Shown here one piece after another: positions 46,581 to 57,470 of a stretch of DNA of 64,000 bases. The notes beneath the pieces are model-generated. The model was not told the DNA's origin. It saw only the letters and a program-made list of their open reading frames with translations, and did no database searches. The position numbers and the translations under genes were made by a program. The DNA is from an uncultured Ruficoccus sp. (lineage in GTDB: Bacteria > Verrucomicrobiota > Verrucomicrobiia > Opitutales > Cerasicoccaceae). Positions within the stretch are counted from its first letter, which is position 1. Every line of letters starts with the position of its first letter. The DNA lies in the NCBI GenBank assembly GCA_965140785.1, contig OZ223475.1, forward strand, positions 32,001-96,000, in the 5' to 3' direction.

Positions 46581-46922
46581 CTAAAATTGCCGGGCGATGA
46601 GCCGGGTCAGTTCTCCCTGCAGTTTCTCCAACTCCGGGCGGGAGCGGTGGCGCAGGATCCCGGCCACGCGCTGGAGAAAGTCCTCGGGCGCATAGTTGGC
46701 GGTTTCCATCAAGAAAAGTAACAGCCCGTCGCGGTGAATCTGGTAGGTACGGCGGCGAATCTGGGACGAACGGGCGTTGGAAGCGTGGCCCAGGATGCGC
46801 TGGTTGTCGAAGGCGTCCCGCACGTACTGGTCGGACTTACCGATGATGGCGGCGACTTCCTTGGGTGAAAACCACTCCTGGTCTTCGGGTAGCAAAAAGG
46901 CGAAATGGTCGTTGGCTCTCAT
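46581..46922 (-). CDS. Small HTH_17/excisionase-like DNA-binding protein
   Basis: [22 protein letters not shown]. Confidence 0.65.
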   Translation of the reverse strand: MRANDHFAFLLPEDQEWFSPKEVAAIIGKSDQYVRDAFDNQRILGHASNARSSQIRRRTYQIHRDGLLLFLMETANYAPEDFLQRVAGILRHRSRPELEKLQGELTRLIARQF

Positions 46923-46938
46923 GGCGGAAGCGGGTCAC

Positions 46939-47190
46939 TCAATGCAGGCCGGCCGGGCGGCGAGGGGCGGAAAAGCGCATAGCCAGCTTGATCGCATGCG
47001 AGCGTTTCTCCACGTCCCGGAGGGTTTGGGCCTGCTCCCGCAGTTGACCGGCGATGGCTTCACTCGGGAGAAACTCGGCAAGATCTTCGTAGAGGTCGGC
47101 CCGGCTGGCGACGGGTTCGGTTTCGAGTTTACTGAGGATGTAGTCGACGAGGCGATTCGCAGCAGTGCGGTTCGTTGCAGGCGTATTCAT
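46939..47190 (-). CDS. Small hypothetical protein
   Basis: MNTPATNRTAANRLVDYILSK...; the plausible coding part of the 301-aa track ORF. Confidence 0.6.
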   Translation of the reverse strand: MNTPATNRTAANRLVDYILSKLETEPVASRADLYEDLAEFLPSEAIAGQLREQAQTLRDVEKRSHAIKLAMRFSAPRRPAGLH

Positions 47191-47364
47191 GACGGGCTCA
47201 GGGCAACCAGACCCTGGGAGGGCGGTGACATGATTAATTAATGTTAAATGATATAAATGCGTTTTTGGTTGTCTTGGAGTGATAAAAGACAATACTGGAA
47301 TAATTAGTGTTGTAAATGAAAAAAGTGGAAAAATTCTACTTTGTGATAGAAAAAATCCATAGTT

Positions 47365-47889
47365 ATGCGACGGACATCCTCCACTCCCAAGATTGACGCG
47401 CAACAGTTCAGCCTGCGCTTTCGGCTCCTGATGAGCTACCATGACCTTACCCTGAGGGATATTGCAAATAGTACTAATAATGCTATTTCTACGGTTGGAA
47501 CCTGGAAAAACGGCCGCGTGCCCGCTTCCCCCGACACACACGAGAGACTGGCCTCCCTTTTTGGGGTCAGTGTGGAATTTCTCCTGTATGGCAATGATGA
47601 GAGTGGAAATATTCCACGGTCGGATCCTGTCAGTCATGTCCTGCGAGATATCGAGGGTGTGCTGGGCGAAATTGACGAGGCATCGGGGGCCTATGAGCCA
47701 GCCGGGAGCTTCCAGGGGCTCTCTCGTTCGGGCCTCGACGAGGAGGGAGTGCCGTATCGGCGTTCCCGCATTGAGGGCTACCTTCGCCAGTTTCTGGACC
47801 GGGCTGAGGCGCAGCCGGGAGGGTTGGCCCACACCTGGTACCACCTTAAGCGGGAGTTCCCGCTGGACCTTTTTTCACGATTGGGATGA
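47365..47889 (+). CDS. XRE-family repressor-like protein
   Basis: LTLRDIANSTNNAISTVGTWKNGRVP...LASLFGVSVEFLLYG. Confidence 0.85.
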   Translation: MRRTSSTPKIDAQQFSLRFRLLMSYHDLTLRDIANSTNNAISTVGTWKNGRVPASPDTHERLASLFGVSVEFLLYGNDESGNIPRSDPVSHVLRDIEGVLGEIDEASGAYEPAGSFQGLSRSGLDEEGVPYRRSRIEGYLRQFLDRAEAQPGGLAHTWYHLKREFPLDLFSRLG

Positions 47890-47970
47890 TCTCCATGTTC
47901 TGGGAGCCGCCTATTCTCGGCGGTGACTTCCCGCTTGTTTTTTTGGGTACGGGTGCAGTAGGGTAAGTTG

Positions 47971-49815
47971 ATGCCACGAGAAGGAATAGAAACGCCCCTG
48001 AGCATGATCCGCCAGAGTATGTCCGGCGGGGCCAAAGGGGCGCTCTATAAAGTGGCAGGACCGGCCTTTGAGCATTTTTTCAAGCTTCACGGGCTGGACG
48101 ATGCCTACCTGCGGGTGGTCGATGACCCCACCACCCCGAATTTCTTCCAGCGCGCAATGCGTTCCATGGAGATTTCCTATGAAATTTCTGACCAGGATTT
48201 AGAGCGTATCCCCCGAGAGGGCCCTCTGCTGGTCGTTAGTAACCACCCCTACGGGGGGATGGACGGTGTGGTTCTGGGCGCCCTGCTGACCTCGGTGCGC
48301 GAAGACAGCAAGCTGCTTGCGAACTACCTACTGGAGGTGATGAAGGAGATTAGGCCCTGGCTGATCCCCGTAGACCCCTTCGAGCGGGCCGATTCCGCCC
48401 GTTTCAACTTCAGGGCGATCAAGGAGACGATCCGATACCTGTGCGACGGCGGTTGTGTGGGGACGTTTCCCTCCGGCACGGTTTCCCATTTTCGCTGGAA
48501 AGAACGGCAGATCACCGACCCGGCCTGGTCGCCCAATACCGCGCGCTTGATCCGCAAATCCCGGGCCACCGTTGTTCCGTGCTATTTCGAGGGGGGCAAC
48601 GGCATGCTCTTTCACCTGAGCGGCATGGTCCATGAGCGGTTGCGAACCCTGATGCTGCCGCGCGAGATGTTAAAGCTGATGGGCAGCACCCTGCGCGTGC
48701 GCATCGGCCATCCAATTCCTTACCGGAAGTTGGCCGAGTTTTCCAGCAACGAGGAACTCGTGCAATACCTGCGTCTGAACACTTATATCCTGGCCAAGCG
48801 GGCGCAGGACGAGACCCCGCGCCGCAAGTTCCACTTCCCGCGTGTTCCTCGCAAACCGGGGGTGGAGAAGCCCCTGGCGTCCGCCGTGCCCTCCGAGGTT
48901 TTACAGGCGGAAATTTCCCGTATGCCGGAGGAGCAACTGCTGCTCGAACACGGGGCTTTTCAGGTTTACTACGGCTTTGCTTCCCAGATCCCGAACATCC
49001 TCGACGAACTGGGCCGGCTGCGGGAGAAGACCTTTCGCGAGGTCGGGGAGGGGACCGGCGAGCCTTCTGATACGGACCGTTTCGACCTGTACTACCGGCA
49101 TCTCTTCATGTGGGACGTCAAGGAGCAGAAAATCGTCGGCGCGTACCGTGTCGGTCTGACCGATGAAATCCTGCTCACCCACGGCAAGGCCGGGCTGTAC
49201 TCCTCCACGCTCTTCAAGTTTAAGCCGGGCTTTCTGGAAAAGCTCGATCCGGCGCTTGAGCTGGGGCGCTCGTTCATCGTCTCGGAGTACCAGAAAAAAC
49301 ACGCCTCACTTTCGCTTATCTGGCGGGGGATCGGACGCTTCGTCTGCCGCCACCCCCAGTACAAGACTCTTTTCGGCCCGGTCAGCATCAGCCAGGAGTA
49401 CAATTCCATCTCCAAGGACCTGATGGTGAAGTTCCTGCGTAAGAACAAGCTCGACACCTCCCTGGCCCAGTTCGTCAAGGCGAAGAATCCGCCGCGTGGC
49501 GGGCCGAGAATTCGCGGCACCGAAAAGCAGGCCCTCTTGGAGGCGGTCAAGGATATCGAAGACGTCTCGGCCCTCATCTCGGAGATCGAAACCGATCACA
49601 AGGGCGTGCCCGTGCTCTTGCGCCACTACCTGAAGATGAACGGAAACCTGCTTTCGTTCAACGTGGACACCGACTTCGGCCACTGCGTGGACGGGCTTAT
49701 TGTGGTCGATCTGACCCAGGCGGAGCCGCGCCTCCTGCGCTCCTACATGGGCGAAGAGCCTTACCAGCAGTTCATGGACTTCCACCAGGCCAAGGTTGAG
49801 GCGGGCGGTAGCTGA
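47971..49815 (+). CDS. PlsC acyltransferase plus GNAT N-acyltransferase fusion (OlsF-like aminolipid synthase architecture)
   Basis: NHPYGGMDG and FPSG in the N-terminal domain; LGRLREKTFREVGEG, DRFD, VGAYR, LELGRSF in the C-terminal domain. Confidence 0.82.
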   Translation: MPREGIETPLSMIRQSMSGGAKGALYKVAGPAFEHFFKLHGLDDAYLRVVDDPTTPNFFQRAMRSMEISYEISDQDLERIPREGPLLVVSNHPYGGMDGVVLGALLTSVREDSKLLANYLLEVMKEIRPWLIPVDPFERADSARFNFRAIKETIRYLCDGGCVGTFPSGTVSHFRWKERQITDPAWSPNTARLIRKSRATVVPCYFEGGNGMLFHLSGMVHERLRTLMLPREMLKLMGSTLRVRIGHPIPYRKLAEFSSNEELVQYLRLNTYILAKRAQDETPRRKFHFPRVPRKPGVEKPLASAVPSEVLQAEISRMPEEQLLLEHGAFQVYYGFASQIPNILDELGRLREKTFREVGEGTGEPSDTDRFDLYYRHLFMWDVKEQKIVGAYRVGLTDEILLTHGKAGLYSSTLFKFKPGFLEKLDPALELGRSFIVSEYQKKHASLSLIWRGIGRFVCRHPQYKTLFGPVSISQEYNSISKDLMVKFLRKNKLDTSLAQFVKAKNPPRGGPRIRGTEKQALLEAVKDIEDVSALISEIETDHKGVPVLLRHYLKMNGNLLSFNVDTDFGHCVDGLIVVDLTQAEPRLLRSYMGEEPYQQFMDFHQAKVEAGGS

Positions 49816-49861
49816 GCACAGGCTCAGATTCATAGATTCAAGGATTCTGAAATGGGTAAAT

Positions 49862-52800
49862 TTAAGAATCTTTCTCTGCTTCCTCCTCGTCGCGGACGAT
49901 GTGCAGCGTACGCTGCGGGAAGGGAATTTCGATCCCTTCCTTTCCGAATCGCTTGACGATGGCGTGGTTGAGCGCGCTCTGGGTCTCAAGCCGATGGTCC
50001 ATGCTCTCCAAGTAGGCGAAGCAGAGAAAGTTCAGGGACGAGTCGGCCATTTCGATGAAGAACACGCGTGGCTCCGGGTCCTTGAGTACATGCGGGTTTG
50101 CGTCGAGGATTTCCAGGAGGATACGGGTGACCCTCTCGGTGTCGGTCCCATAGGCCACGCCGACGGGCAATTTCAGGCGCGTCATGTTGTCGGTCAGCGT
50201 CCAGTTGATGAGCTTGCCGGTGATGATGGTCTTGTTCGGGACGATGACCTCGCGCCGGTCAAACTCCCGGATCGTGGTGCCGCGGATGCGGATGCGGGCG
50301 ATGCTGCCCGTTGTGTCGTCAATGGTGACGATATCGCCCACGCGGATGGGCCGCTCAAACAGTAGGATGATGCCTGCCACGAGGTTACCGAATATCTCCT
50401 GCAAGCCGAAGCCCAGACCGACCGAGATAGCGGCGATCAGCCACTGGATTTTCGACCACTCGACTTGGGCGATCAGGCTGGCCCAGATGACGCCGCAGAT
50501 GACGATAAAGTACGCCACAAGCGTGGAGAAGGCATGCCGGTTGCCCGAGGTGATACTCTTGATCCGCCGGAAAATGACGATCTCGATCACACTGGGCAGG
50601 TTGCCCGCGAGTACGATGGTCGAGATCAGGCAGATAATGAGCATGACGACCTGACCCAGTGTCAGGATGGGCGAGTCACTCGGGCCAAACAGGGGATAAT
50701 CCGAGACCGTGCGGAACGCCGGGAGCGCATCGTGCCAGACGAAGGCTGTGCCGATGATAAACAGGACCACGCGCAGGAGGTTGAGGATGTGGCGGACCTG
50801 CGGGTCGATTTCGCGCCAGTTCGGGTTTTCTTTTTCCTCTTCCAGGGGAGAGTCGCCATCCTGGGCTTTTTCCGCTTTTTCCGCCGCCTCCTGCGCGCGC
50901 TGCTGGATGATAGCCTGATAGCGGTGGATGCGCAGATAGCGGGAAAACAGCCCGTCGAGAACGGCGATGCCCGCCAGCAGCCACAGGGTCTGCACGGTCG
51001 TGCGAACCATGGCCATGACACCGGCCATGTAGCCGAGGCTGATCATGACCGCCAGCATGGTGACCCAGCCCACGAGCAGGATATAGACACTCCAGCGCAG
51101 GGACCCATGTCGGAACAGCCCGAAGCGCATCCCGCTGTCGGCGAAGATACCCGTCTCCGGGTGAAAGACGCGTCGGAAGGCCACAATGAGCAGCACCAGC
51201 GCGATCAGATAGAGTACGCGGGAGCCGCTGTTCTGGTCGCTGAGCACACCGTAAAAGAGCAGGGAACTGGCGACGAACGAGACTGCGTAGGCCGGCAGCA
51301 TGATGGCCTGGACCGTGCTGTTGATCACGCGGCACGACTGTTCGCTCCAGCGGAAGTGGAGGGCTCCCAGACCCGCGGGCAGTGAAAGTCGGTACAGCAG
51401 CGTCAGGGAAACCGTGGCCGGGATCATCCCCATGCAGGTCATGGCGATGGCGTCGGAAAAATCATTGTCGATGCTGGGAGTGTCCACCGTCCAGGCGATG
51501 CCGAGCAAGACCAGTACCGGGAGGAAAGCGATAGCTATCTCAAAGCCGAGCAGGATAAGCGTGTCGGCGAATTGCGCCTCGCTCAGCGGACGTTGGCGCA
51601 GCGGGTTAAGCTGCCGACCGATACGTCGGGCCACCAGCACGAAAAAGAGCGTTCCCAGAATGGTAACAATCAGGCGCTGCAGACCCCGGCTGAATATGTC
51701 GCTGATTGTCGTTCCGGTCCGTTGAGTGATGTCGCTTAAAATGCCCGGCAACAGGAGGAAGTCCTCGCCCGAGAGGCGGTCCCGGTCCGGGATCCATAGA
51801 GCGTTTTCCGCGGTAAATTCCTCAAAGGATTGCACCGAGGCGATGGCGGTATCCACGGCGGAGGCGGTGGACACCAGCGACTCGAAATAGTCGTCGGTGT
51901 CGGAAATGAGGCCGTGGAGAATATCCACCCGCTGGGCCAGTAATTCCTGCAAGAGGCGCTCACGGATCGCTTTTTCCTCTGGCGAGTCCAATGGGGGCAG
52001 CTGCTTGCGGTAGGACTCCAGGGTCTCCTTCGTGTTGGCCGCCTTGTCCAGGTCCTGCTCCAGGTCGATGAGTTCAAGCTGGGTGTCCCGCACACGCTCG
52101 TTGATCTCTTCCTGGTCGTTCTCGAGCTTTTCCACGCTGGGCAGGGCGCGTTGCTCGCGGTGGAGCAGGGCGCCGACAGACTGGGAGTGCCCGGCAATGG
52201 CGAGGCGTTGCTCGATCTTTTGCAGTCGGGCCAGGGTTTCTTCGGTTATGAGTGTGTAGTGGTCAGCCTGCGCGTTTTGCTCTTCGATTTGTTGGGTTAA
52301 CTGCTTGCGGGTGGCGATCCAGCTTTGATTCTGCTGGGCTAATTCCCTGACTACCGGGTCCTGCATGGCAGCTTGGCGCATGGCTTGGCGCGCTTCGGCT
52401 TCCTGCTTGCTGAGCGCGTCCTTGCGCTGCTGTTCGACGTATTGGCTGAGCGCCTCGATCTGGGTGGCCTGGGCGGCGGCCTGGGCCTCGGCCAGTTCAC
52501 GCTGGGCGTTGCGGTAGCTGCGGCGCAGGTCCGAGGTCGCGGTCTGCCGCTCCAGCAGGGCGAGCTGCCCCTGGAGCTGCTGGATGCGCGCCTGTCGGGT
52601 GGCTTGTTCGGTCGCGCTGCCTCCCTGCGTCTTTTTCAGGTCGTTGAGCCGGGCCTGGAGCTCGGTAATCTGTGTGGTGGCGGCGAGCTTTTCTTCGGGG
52701 AACTTACCGATGCGGTTTTTCAGGTCCTGTATCTGGCTGTTCAGGCTGTCCTGCTTGCTCCTGAGTTGTTCGAGCAGAACCTCGGCGTCAGAAAGGTTTT

Positions 52801-53236
52801 GGGGGATATCGGGCGTTTGCTGACCGTCCTTGATCAGGGCGGTTTGCTCCTTGATTGTTTGGGTGTCGGCTTGGGCGGCGGCGATGACCGTTTCGAGCGC
52901 GTCCAACTCGGTATTGAACTGCTGGGCCTGATTCAGCAGGCCTTTGGCCTCCTGAATGAGCCGGTAGTCGCTGCTGGCCGGCTGGTCATCCTTGGGGGCC
53001 GGGAATTTCTTTTCCAGCTCGTCGAGGTCGGCGGGAGTAAGGCTGGTCGGTGTACCGTTTGTCTGGGGGCTCTCAGCGGTGGTCGGCGCTGGATTGGCCG
53101 TTGGGGCCTCCTGCGCCTGAGCAGCGGGGGCAGCGCAGGCCAGTATCCACCCGAGCAAAAACAGGGTCCGCAGAAAGAGTGGGCCAAGGCAGCCCTTGCG
53201 GGGCGTCGTGAGAGGGGCCGGATCGGCTAAACGCAT
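49862..53236 (-). CDS. MscK/KefA-type mechanosensitive channel
   Basis: Long periplasmic coiled coil, many TM helices, SVGLGFGLQEIFGN, LFERPIRVGD, NWTL, IEIPFPQR. Confidence 0.9.
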   Translation of the reverse strand: MRLADPAPLTTPRKGCLGPLFLRTLFLLGWILACAAPAAQAQEAPTANPAPTTAESPQTNGTPTSLTPADLDELEKKFPAPKDDQPASSDYRLIQEAKGLLNQAQQFNTELDALETVIAAAQADTQTIKEQTALIKDGQQTPDIPQNLSDAEVLLEQLRSKQDSLNSQIQDLKNRIGKFPEEKLAATTQITELQARLNDLKKTQGGSATEQATRQARIQQLQGQLALLERQTATSDLRRSYRNAQRELAEAQAAAQATQIEALSQYVEQQRKDALSKQEAEARQAMRQAAMQDPVVRELAQQNQSWIATRKQLTQQIEEQNAQADHYTLITEETLARLQKIEQRLAIAGHSQSVGALLHREQRALPSVEKLENDQEEINERVRDTQLELIDLEQDLDKAANTKETLESYRKQLPPLDSPEEKAIRERLLQELLAQRVDILHGLISDTDDYFESLVSTASAVDTAIASVQSFEEFTAENALWIPDRDRLSGEDFLLLPGILSDITQRTGTTISDIFSRGLQRLIVTILGTLFFVLVARRIGRQLNPLRQRPLSEAQFADTLILLGFEIAIAFLPVLVLLGIAWTVDTPSIDNDFSDAIAMTCMGMIPATVSLTLLYRLSLPAGLGALHFRWSEQSCRVINSTVQAIMLPAYAVSFVASSLLFYGVLSDQNSGSRVLYLIALVLLIVAFRRVFHPETGIFADSGMRFGLFRHGSLRWSVYILLVGWVTMLAVMISLGYMAGVMAMVRTTVQTLWLLAGIAVLDGLFSRYLRIHRYQAIIQQRAQEAAEKAEKAQDGDSPLEEEKENPNWREIDPQVRHILNLLRVVLFIIGTAFVWHDALPAFRTVSDYPLFGPSDSPILTLGQVVMLIICLISTIVLAGNLPSVIEIVIFRRIKSITSGNRHAFSTLVAYFIVICGVIWASLIAQVEWSKIQWLIAAISVGLGFGLQEIFGNLVAGIILLFERPIRVGDIVTIDDTTGSIARIRIRGTTIREFDRREVIVPNKTIITGKLINWTLTDNMTRLKLPVGVAYGTDTERVTRILLEILDANPHVLKDPEPRVFFIEMADSSLNFLCFAYLESMDHRLETQSALNHAIVKRFGKEGIEIPFPQRTLHIVRDEEEAEKDS

Positions 53237-53336
53237 GACAGGCAGTCTCTGGTAGCGGCGGGATTTCGTCAAGCCCACGCTCGCTTTGTGCGGCTGACAT
53301 TAGCCTTTGCCGATCAACGACATGAAGCGGGCAAAG

Positions 53337-53410
53337 TGGCAGGCCCGCAGGGATTCGAACCCCGACAAACAGAACCAGAATCTGTCGTGCTACCGTTACA
53401 CCACGGGCCT
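53337..53410 (-). tRNA. tRNA-Gln(CTG)
   Basis: AGGCCCGTGGTGTAACGGTAGCACG; anticodon arm ACAGA-TTCTGGT-TCTGT; GGTTCGAATCC; CCA. Confidence 0.96.
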
Positions 53411-53524
53411 AACTCGAAGCAAAGACAGCCCATGCGTGCTCGTCAAGGCGTATAATCCCAAAAATTTTCAGAAATTTAAACCAAGGGGCTTTGGTTGTGT
53501 ATTCAGGTTGCACTACCGCCGTTC

Positions 53525-54367
53525 TCAGGGGTATTGGGGGATACCGTACTTGAGGCGGTACTTGCGGGGCGTGGTCTGGGTGGCAGCGCGAAACTGCTTA
53601 TAAAAGTGGCCGAGGTTTTCGAAACCGCATTCGCTGGCGATTTCGATGATCTGCTTGGGGGTGGTTTCCAACTGCATGGTCGCCCATTTCAGCCGGGCCT
53701 GGTTGACCAGGTCGCGCGGTGTTGTTCCCAGGTAGCGCCGGCAGTCCCGGCAGACGTGCTCGTGACTGCGCCCGGCGATACGAACGAACCCCGGCACCCC
53801 CTCGACGAAGTTCGGCCAGGACTCGATCGCGCGGGCTGCTTGGGTCAGCCAGTCAGGCGCCGGGGAGGGCGTGGCTTGCGCACGCTGGCGGTTGCTCAGC
53901 AGGGCCAGGACACCCAGCAGAAAGGCCGAAGCGTTGGTCGAGTTCCAGTGTCCGGCGGCCAGATCGAACCCCATCTGCCGGAAGCGTTCCCGGTCATCGA
54001 CACCGAGGTGAAACTCCCGGTCCTCGATCTGCTTACGGTCGAAGAAACGCGCTGCGCCCGGGAAGAAATTGTCGCGGATCTGATGCCACAACCGGGTGGG
54101 GAAGGCGAAGTTGATCAAACTCATGCGCCCGCCTTCTTCCCAGGCGGAAAATCCGTGCTGGTCATCTTCTCGGATCAAGGCCAGATAACCAGTTTCCATA
54201 AACCGACGCTCTCCGTTCAGGTGATGGCAGCCCTGCCCGCTCTCGATCCAGAACAGCTCACAATAATCTTGAGCATGGGCATTAGCGGGTGGGTCATAGG
54301 CGTAGTTCCAGACCTCATAGGTACAGGCATAGGTCTTGGGCCAGTCCCGAGTGGAGAGGAATCGCAT
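53525..54367 (-). CDS. AraC-family regulator (ChbR-like), divergent from the GH38 gene
   Basis: HAQDYCELFW cupin; IASECGFENLGHFYKQF...TPRKYR. Confidence 0.88.
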   Translation of the reverse strand: MRFLSTRDWPKTYACTYEVWNYAYDPPANAHAQDYCELFWIESGQGCHHLNGERRFMETGYLALIREDDQHGFSAWEEGGRMSLINFAFPTRLWHQIRDNFFPGAARFFDRKQIEDREFHLGVDDRERFRQMGFDLAAGHWNSTNASAFLLGVLALLSNRQRAQATPSPAPDWLTQAARAIESWPNFVEGVPGFVRIAGRSHEHVCRDCRRYLGTTPRDLVNQARLKWATMQLETTPKQIIEIASECGFENLGHFYKQFRAATQTTPRKYRLKYGIPQYP

Positions 54368-54443
54368 CAATTAAGCGTAAAAAATAGTCAGGCTAACGCA
54401 AGACTCGTTTTCTCCGAATCTGCTATAGTTCAGCCTTACACTT

Positions 54444-57400
54444 ATGCTTCCCAAAGACCACCTTCCCCAACTCATTCCCAACCGTCTGGATGCCTGCCTG
54501 CGCCGCCTGCGTGACAGCCTCTGGGCCGACGAGCGCCCGGTGACGGTCGAGGCTTCTACGCCCTCGCCGAAGCAGGTTTCACTGGCCGAGGGCAAGCGCC
54601 TCAAACTCAAGCCGGTCAAGCCCGACACTTACTGGGGGAAAATGTTCGACCAGCGCTGGTGCAAAGTCACGCTGCCCGCCCCCTCTGACGCCAATACGTG
54701 GCTGCACTGGATCGATCAGGGGGAGGCCACGCTCTACGTGGAAGACCAGCCGTACTTTGGCTTCAACGTGGCCCACCGCCACTGCCGCCTGCCCGAGGGC
54801 GTGCGGGAGCTTTGGGTTCAGTCGAGTTGCATCCAGAGCGCCATCTGGCATCCCGAGGCTCGGGGCATGCAGCCCGGCGGCAGTTTCTTTCAAAAGGCCT
54901 TCGTCGCCAGCCGTGACGATGCCGCCTGGAAGGCTTACCACGACCTCAAGTGCCTCTTCGACTTGGCTATCGACCAGCGCCACCGCGAGAACCCGCAGGT
55001 GCCGACCGAACTCAATGGGGCAGGCTTGCAGGCCCCGCTGGACAAGTTCAGCCCCTCGCTGCGGATCATGCTTGATGGCATGAACGAGGCGGTGGACGCC
55101 TTCGACCGGTCCGGTCCCGCCGCTCTGAGCAAGGCATTGGCCGGGCTTTATAAACAGCTCCGCCTCGACAAGACCTTCTCGCGCTGCGTCCTGACGGGGC
55201 ACGCCCACCTCGACCTGGTCTGGATCTGGCCCGAACGCATGGGCGAGCTCAAGGCGGTCAACATCTTCGCCACCGTCAACCGCCTGATGGAGGAGTACCC
55301 CGAGTACCGCTTCGCCTACAGCCAGCCCGCCAGCTACGAGGCTGTCGAGCGGCGCGAACCGGAGTTTTACCAGCAGGTGAGTAAGCGCATTGGCTCGGGG
55401 CGTTGGGAAGCCACCGGCGCCATGTACGTCGAGTCCGACACTACCATCGCCTGCGGCGAAGCCCTGGCCCGCAGCTTCATGCTGGGCCAGCAGGGCTTTT
55501 GCGCCATCAACGGCCAGCCCTCCCGCCTGACCTGGTTGCCCGATGTCTTCGGCTACGCCGCCTGCCTGCCTCAGATCATGGCCCAGACCGGGGTAGACTA
55601 CTTCTTTACCACCAAGATGACGTGGAACGCCATCAACCGCTTCCCTTACAGCAGCTTTATCTGGCGCGGCAACGACGGCTCGGAAATTCTCGCCCACGTC
55701 ACCCAGGAGTCCGGCTACGTCACCCACATGACGATCGACAACCTCAAGGCCCCCATGCACGCCAACCAGCAAGCCGCCGTCCACGAGGAGTACCTCCTGC
55801 CCACCGGCTACGGCGACGGTGGCGGCGGCCCCACCGACGAGATGATCGAGCGCGCCCGCCGCCTCGACAGCCTGCCCGGCATGCCCGCCATCGGCTGGGA
55901 CCAGCCCGAGGCTTTCTTCGAGCGCCTGGAGTCGGTCAAAGAAAATTTACCCGTCCACCAGGGCGAATGCTACTTGGAGTACCACCGCGGCACCTACACC
56001 ACCCACGGCAATCTCAAGGCCATCTTCCGCAAGCTCGAGCGCGCCCTCCAGCTCGCCGAAGCCGTCTCCGCCGCCACCGGTAAAACCTGGGACATGGAGC
56101 ACGCCTGGAAGCGCCTCGTCTTCGCCCAGTTCCATGACTACATCCCGGGCAGCTCCGTCTGGGACGTGTACATGGAGGGCCTGCCTGAGCTCGACAGCCT
56201 GGCTGAGGACCAGTGCGAACAGGCGCAAAAGGCGCTCGAAGCCAAGAACGGCGAACCCTGCCTGTTCAACCCGCACGCCGTCGCCGTGAATACTTGGGTC
56301 AAGCCCGCCGGGGCCAAGCAGCCCGTCTATGTCAGCCTGCCGCCGTTGAGTGGAACGTGTATTGAAAAATCCACGACAACCTCGCCCGAAGCCGTCGCTG
56401 TCAAAGGCAAGACGGTCTCCAACGGCCTGGCCAGCTTCCGCGTCAACGCCTCCGGCTGGATCGACCGGCTGGAGTGGGAGGGCGTTTCCGTGCCTCTTAA
56501 TGGTCCGCTCGGGCAGCTCCTGCTCTACCCGGATCACGCCGCCAACTTCGAGGCCTGGGACATCGACCGCCATGTGCTCGCCCTCGGTGAGGTCTGCAAA
56601 GCCAAGGCCGAGATCGCGACCTTCGAGGATGGGCCGTACCGTGCCGGTGTCCGCGTCACCCGGCAGGTCGGCGAAAAATCCACCGCCACGGTGACTTTCG
56701 CACTGGAAGCCGGCAGCCCGCTCGTCCACCTCACGGTCGAACTGGACTGGCAGGAGCCCGAGCACCTGCTCAAGCTATTCTTTCCCACGCAGTACGCCGC
56801 CACCCAGGCCCGCTTCGGCATCCCCTACGGCAGCGTCCTGCGCACACAGGTTCCCAACTCCATGGGCGCAGAAGCTATGTGGGAGGTGCCCTTCAGCCGC
56901 TACCTGGCTGTCTTCGACGAGGGCGAGCGCGAGGGCTTGTTCGTCGTCAGTGAGTCTAAGTACGGTGCCGCCGTCCGCGAGGGTAAGGTGGGCGTCAGCC
57001 TCGTACGCAGCCCTCGCGTGACCGGCTACGAGGCCCACAACTTTGCCTGGCCACCCCACCTGACGCGCCTGGAAACGCCCGGACCCTTCAGCGACATCGG
57101 CAGCCATACCATCCGCCTCGCGATCGGCCGCTACGACTGCGCCCTTCGGCGTGAACGCCACCCCGCCAGTCTGGCCGACACGCTTTTCACCGCGCCGCTG
57201 CCCTATACCGGTCAGCCCGTGGCCCCGGTGATCGAAGAACTCCACGGCGGCGAATCGCTCATCCCGTGTTGGGTCAAACCCACCGACGCGGGAGGATGGA
57301 TCCTGCGGCTGCATGAGGTAGCAGGCCGCCGCGGTACCCTCACCATCCGCGCCGCCGAGGGCTGGCGGATCGAGCAGACCACGCTCAGTGAGTCTGGATT

Positions 57401-57470
57401 CAACTCGGTCAAGGATACACTCGCCTTTAAGCCCTACGAAGTTCTCAGTCTGCGCTTCACGCGGGCATAG
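54444..57470 (+). CDS. GH38 alpha-mannosidase
   Basis: GHAHLDLVWIW, WLPDVFGY, GYGDGGGGPT, YLEYHRGTYT, QFHDYIPGSS. Confidence 0.92.
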   Translation: MLPKDHLPQLIPNRLDACLRRLRDSLWADERPVTVEASTPSPKQVSLAEGKRLKLKPVKPDTYWGKMFDQRWCKVTLPAPSDANTWLHWIDQGEATLYVEDQPYFGFNVAHRHCRLPEGVRELWVQSSCIQSAIWHPEARGMQPGGSFFQKAFVASRDDAAWKAYHDLKCLFDLAIDQRHRENPQVPTELNGAGLQAPLDKFSPSLRIMLDGMNEAVDAFDRSGPAALSKALAGLYKQLRLDKTFSRCVLTGHAHLDLVWIWPERMGELKAVNIFATVNRLMEEYPEYRFAYSQPASYEAVERREPEFYQQVSKRIGSGRWEATGAMYVESDTTIACGEALARSFMLGQQGFCAINGQPSRLTWLPDVFGYAACLPQIMAQTGVDYFFTTKMTWNAINRFPYSSFIWRGNDGSEILAHVTQESGYVTHMTIDNLKAPMHANQQAAVHEEYLLPTGYGDGGGGPTDEMIERARRLDSLPGMPAIGWDQPEAFFERLESVKENLPVHQGECYLEYHRGTYTTHGNLKAIFRKLERALQLAEAVSAATGKTWDMEHAWKRLVFAQFHDYIPGSSVWDVYMEGLPELDSLAEDQCEQAQKALEAKNGEPCLFNPHAVAVNTWVKPAGAKQPVYVSLPPLSGTCIEKSTTTSPEAVAVKGKTVSNGLASFRVNASGWIDRLEWEGVSVPLNGPLGQLLLYPDHAANFEAWDIDRHVLALGEVCKAKAEIATFEDGPYRAGVRVTRQVGEKSTATVTFALEAGSPLVHLTVELDWQEPEHLLKLFFPTQYAATQARFGIPYGSVLRTQVPNSMGAEAMWEVPFSRYLAVFDEGEREGLFVVSESKYGAAVREGKVGVSLVRSPRVTGYEAHNFAWPPHLTRLETPGPFSDIGSHTIRLAIGRYDCALRRERHPASLADTLFTAPLPYTGQPVAPVIEELHGGESLIPCWVKPTDAGGWILRLHEVAGRRGTLTIRAAEGWRIEQTTLSESGFNSVKDTLAFKPYEVLSLRFTRA

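Noticed and set aside
46939..47844. 301-aa minus-strand ORF
   Set aside because: Its 5' part overlaps the XRE gene antisense and crosses the AT-rich promoter; only 46939-47190 looks coding
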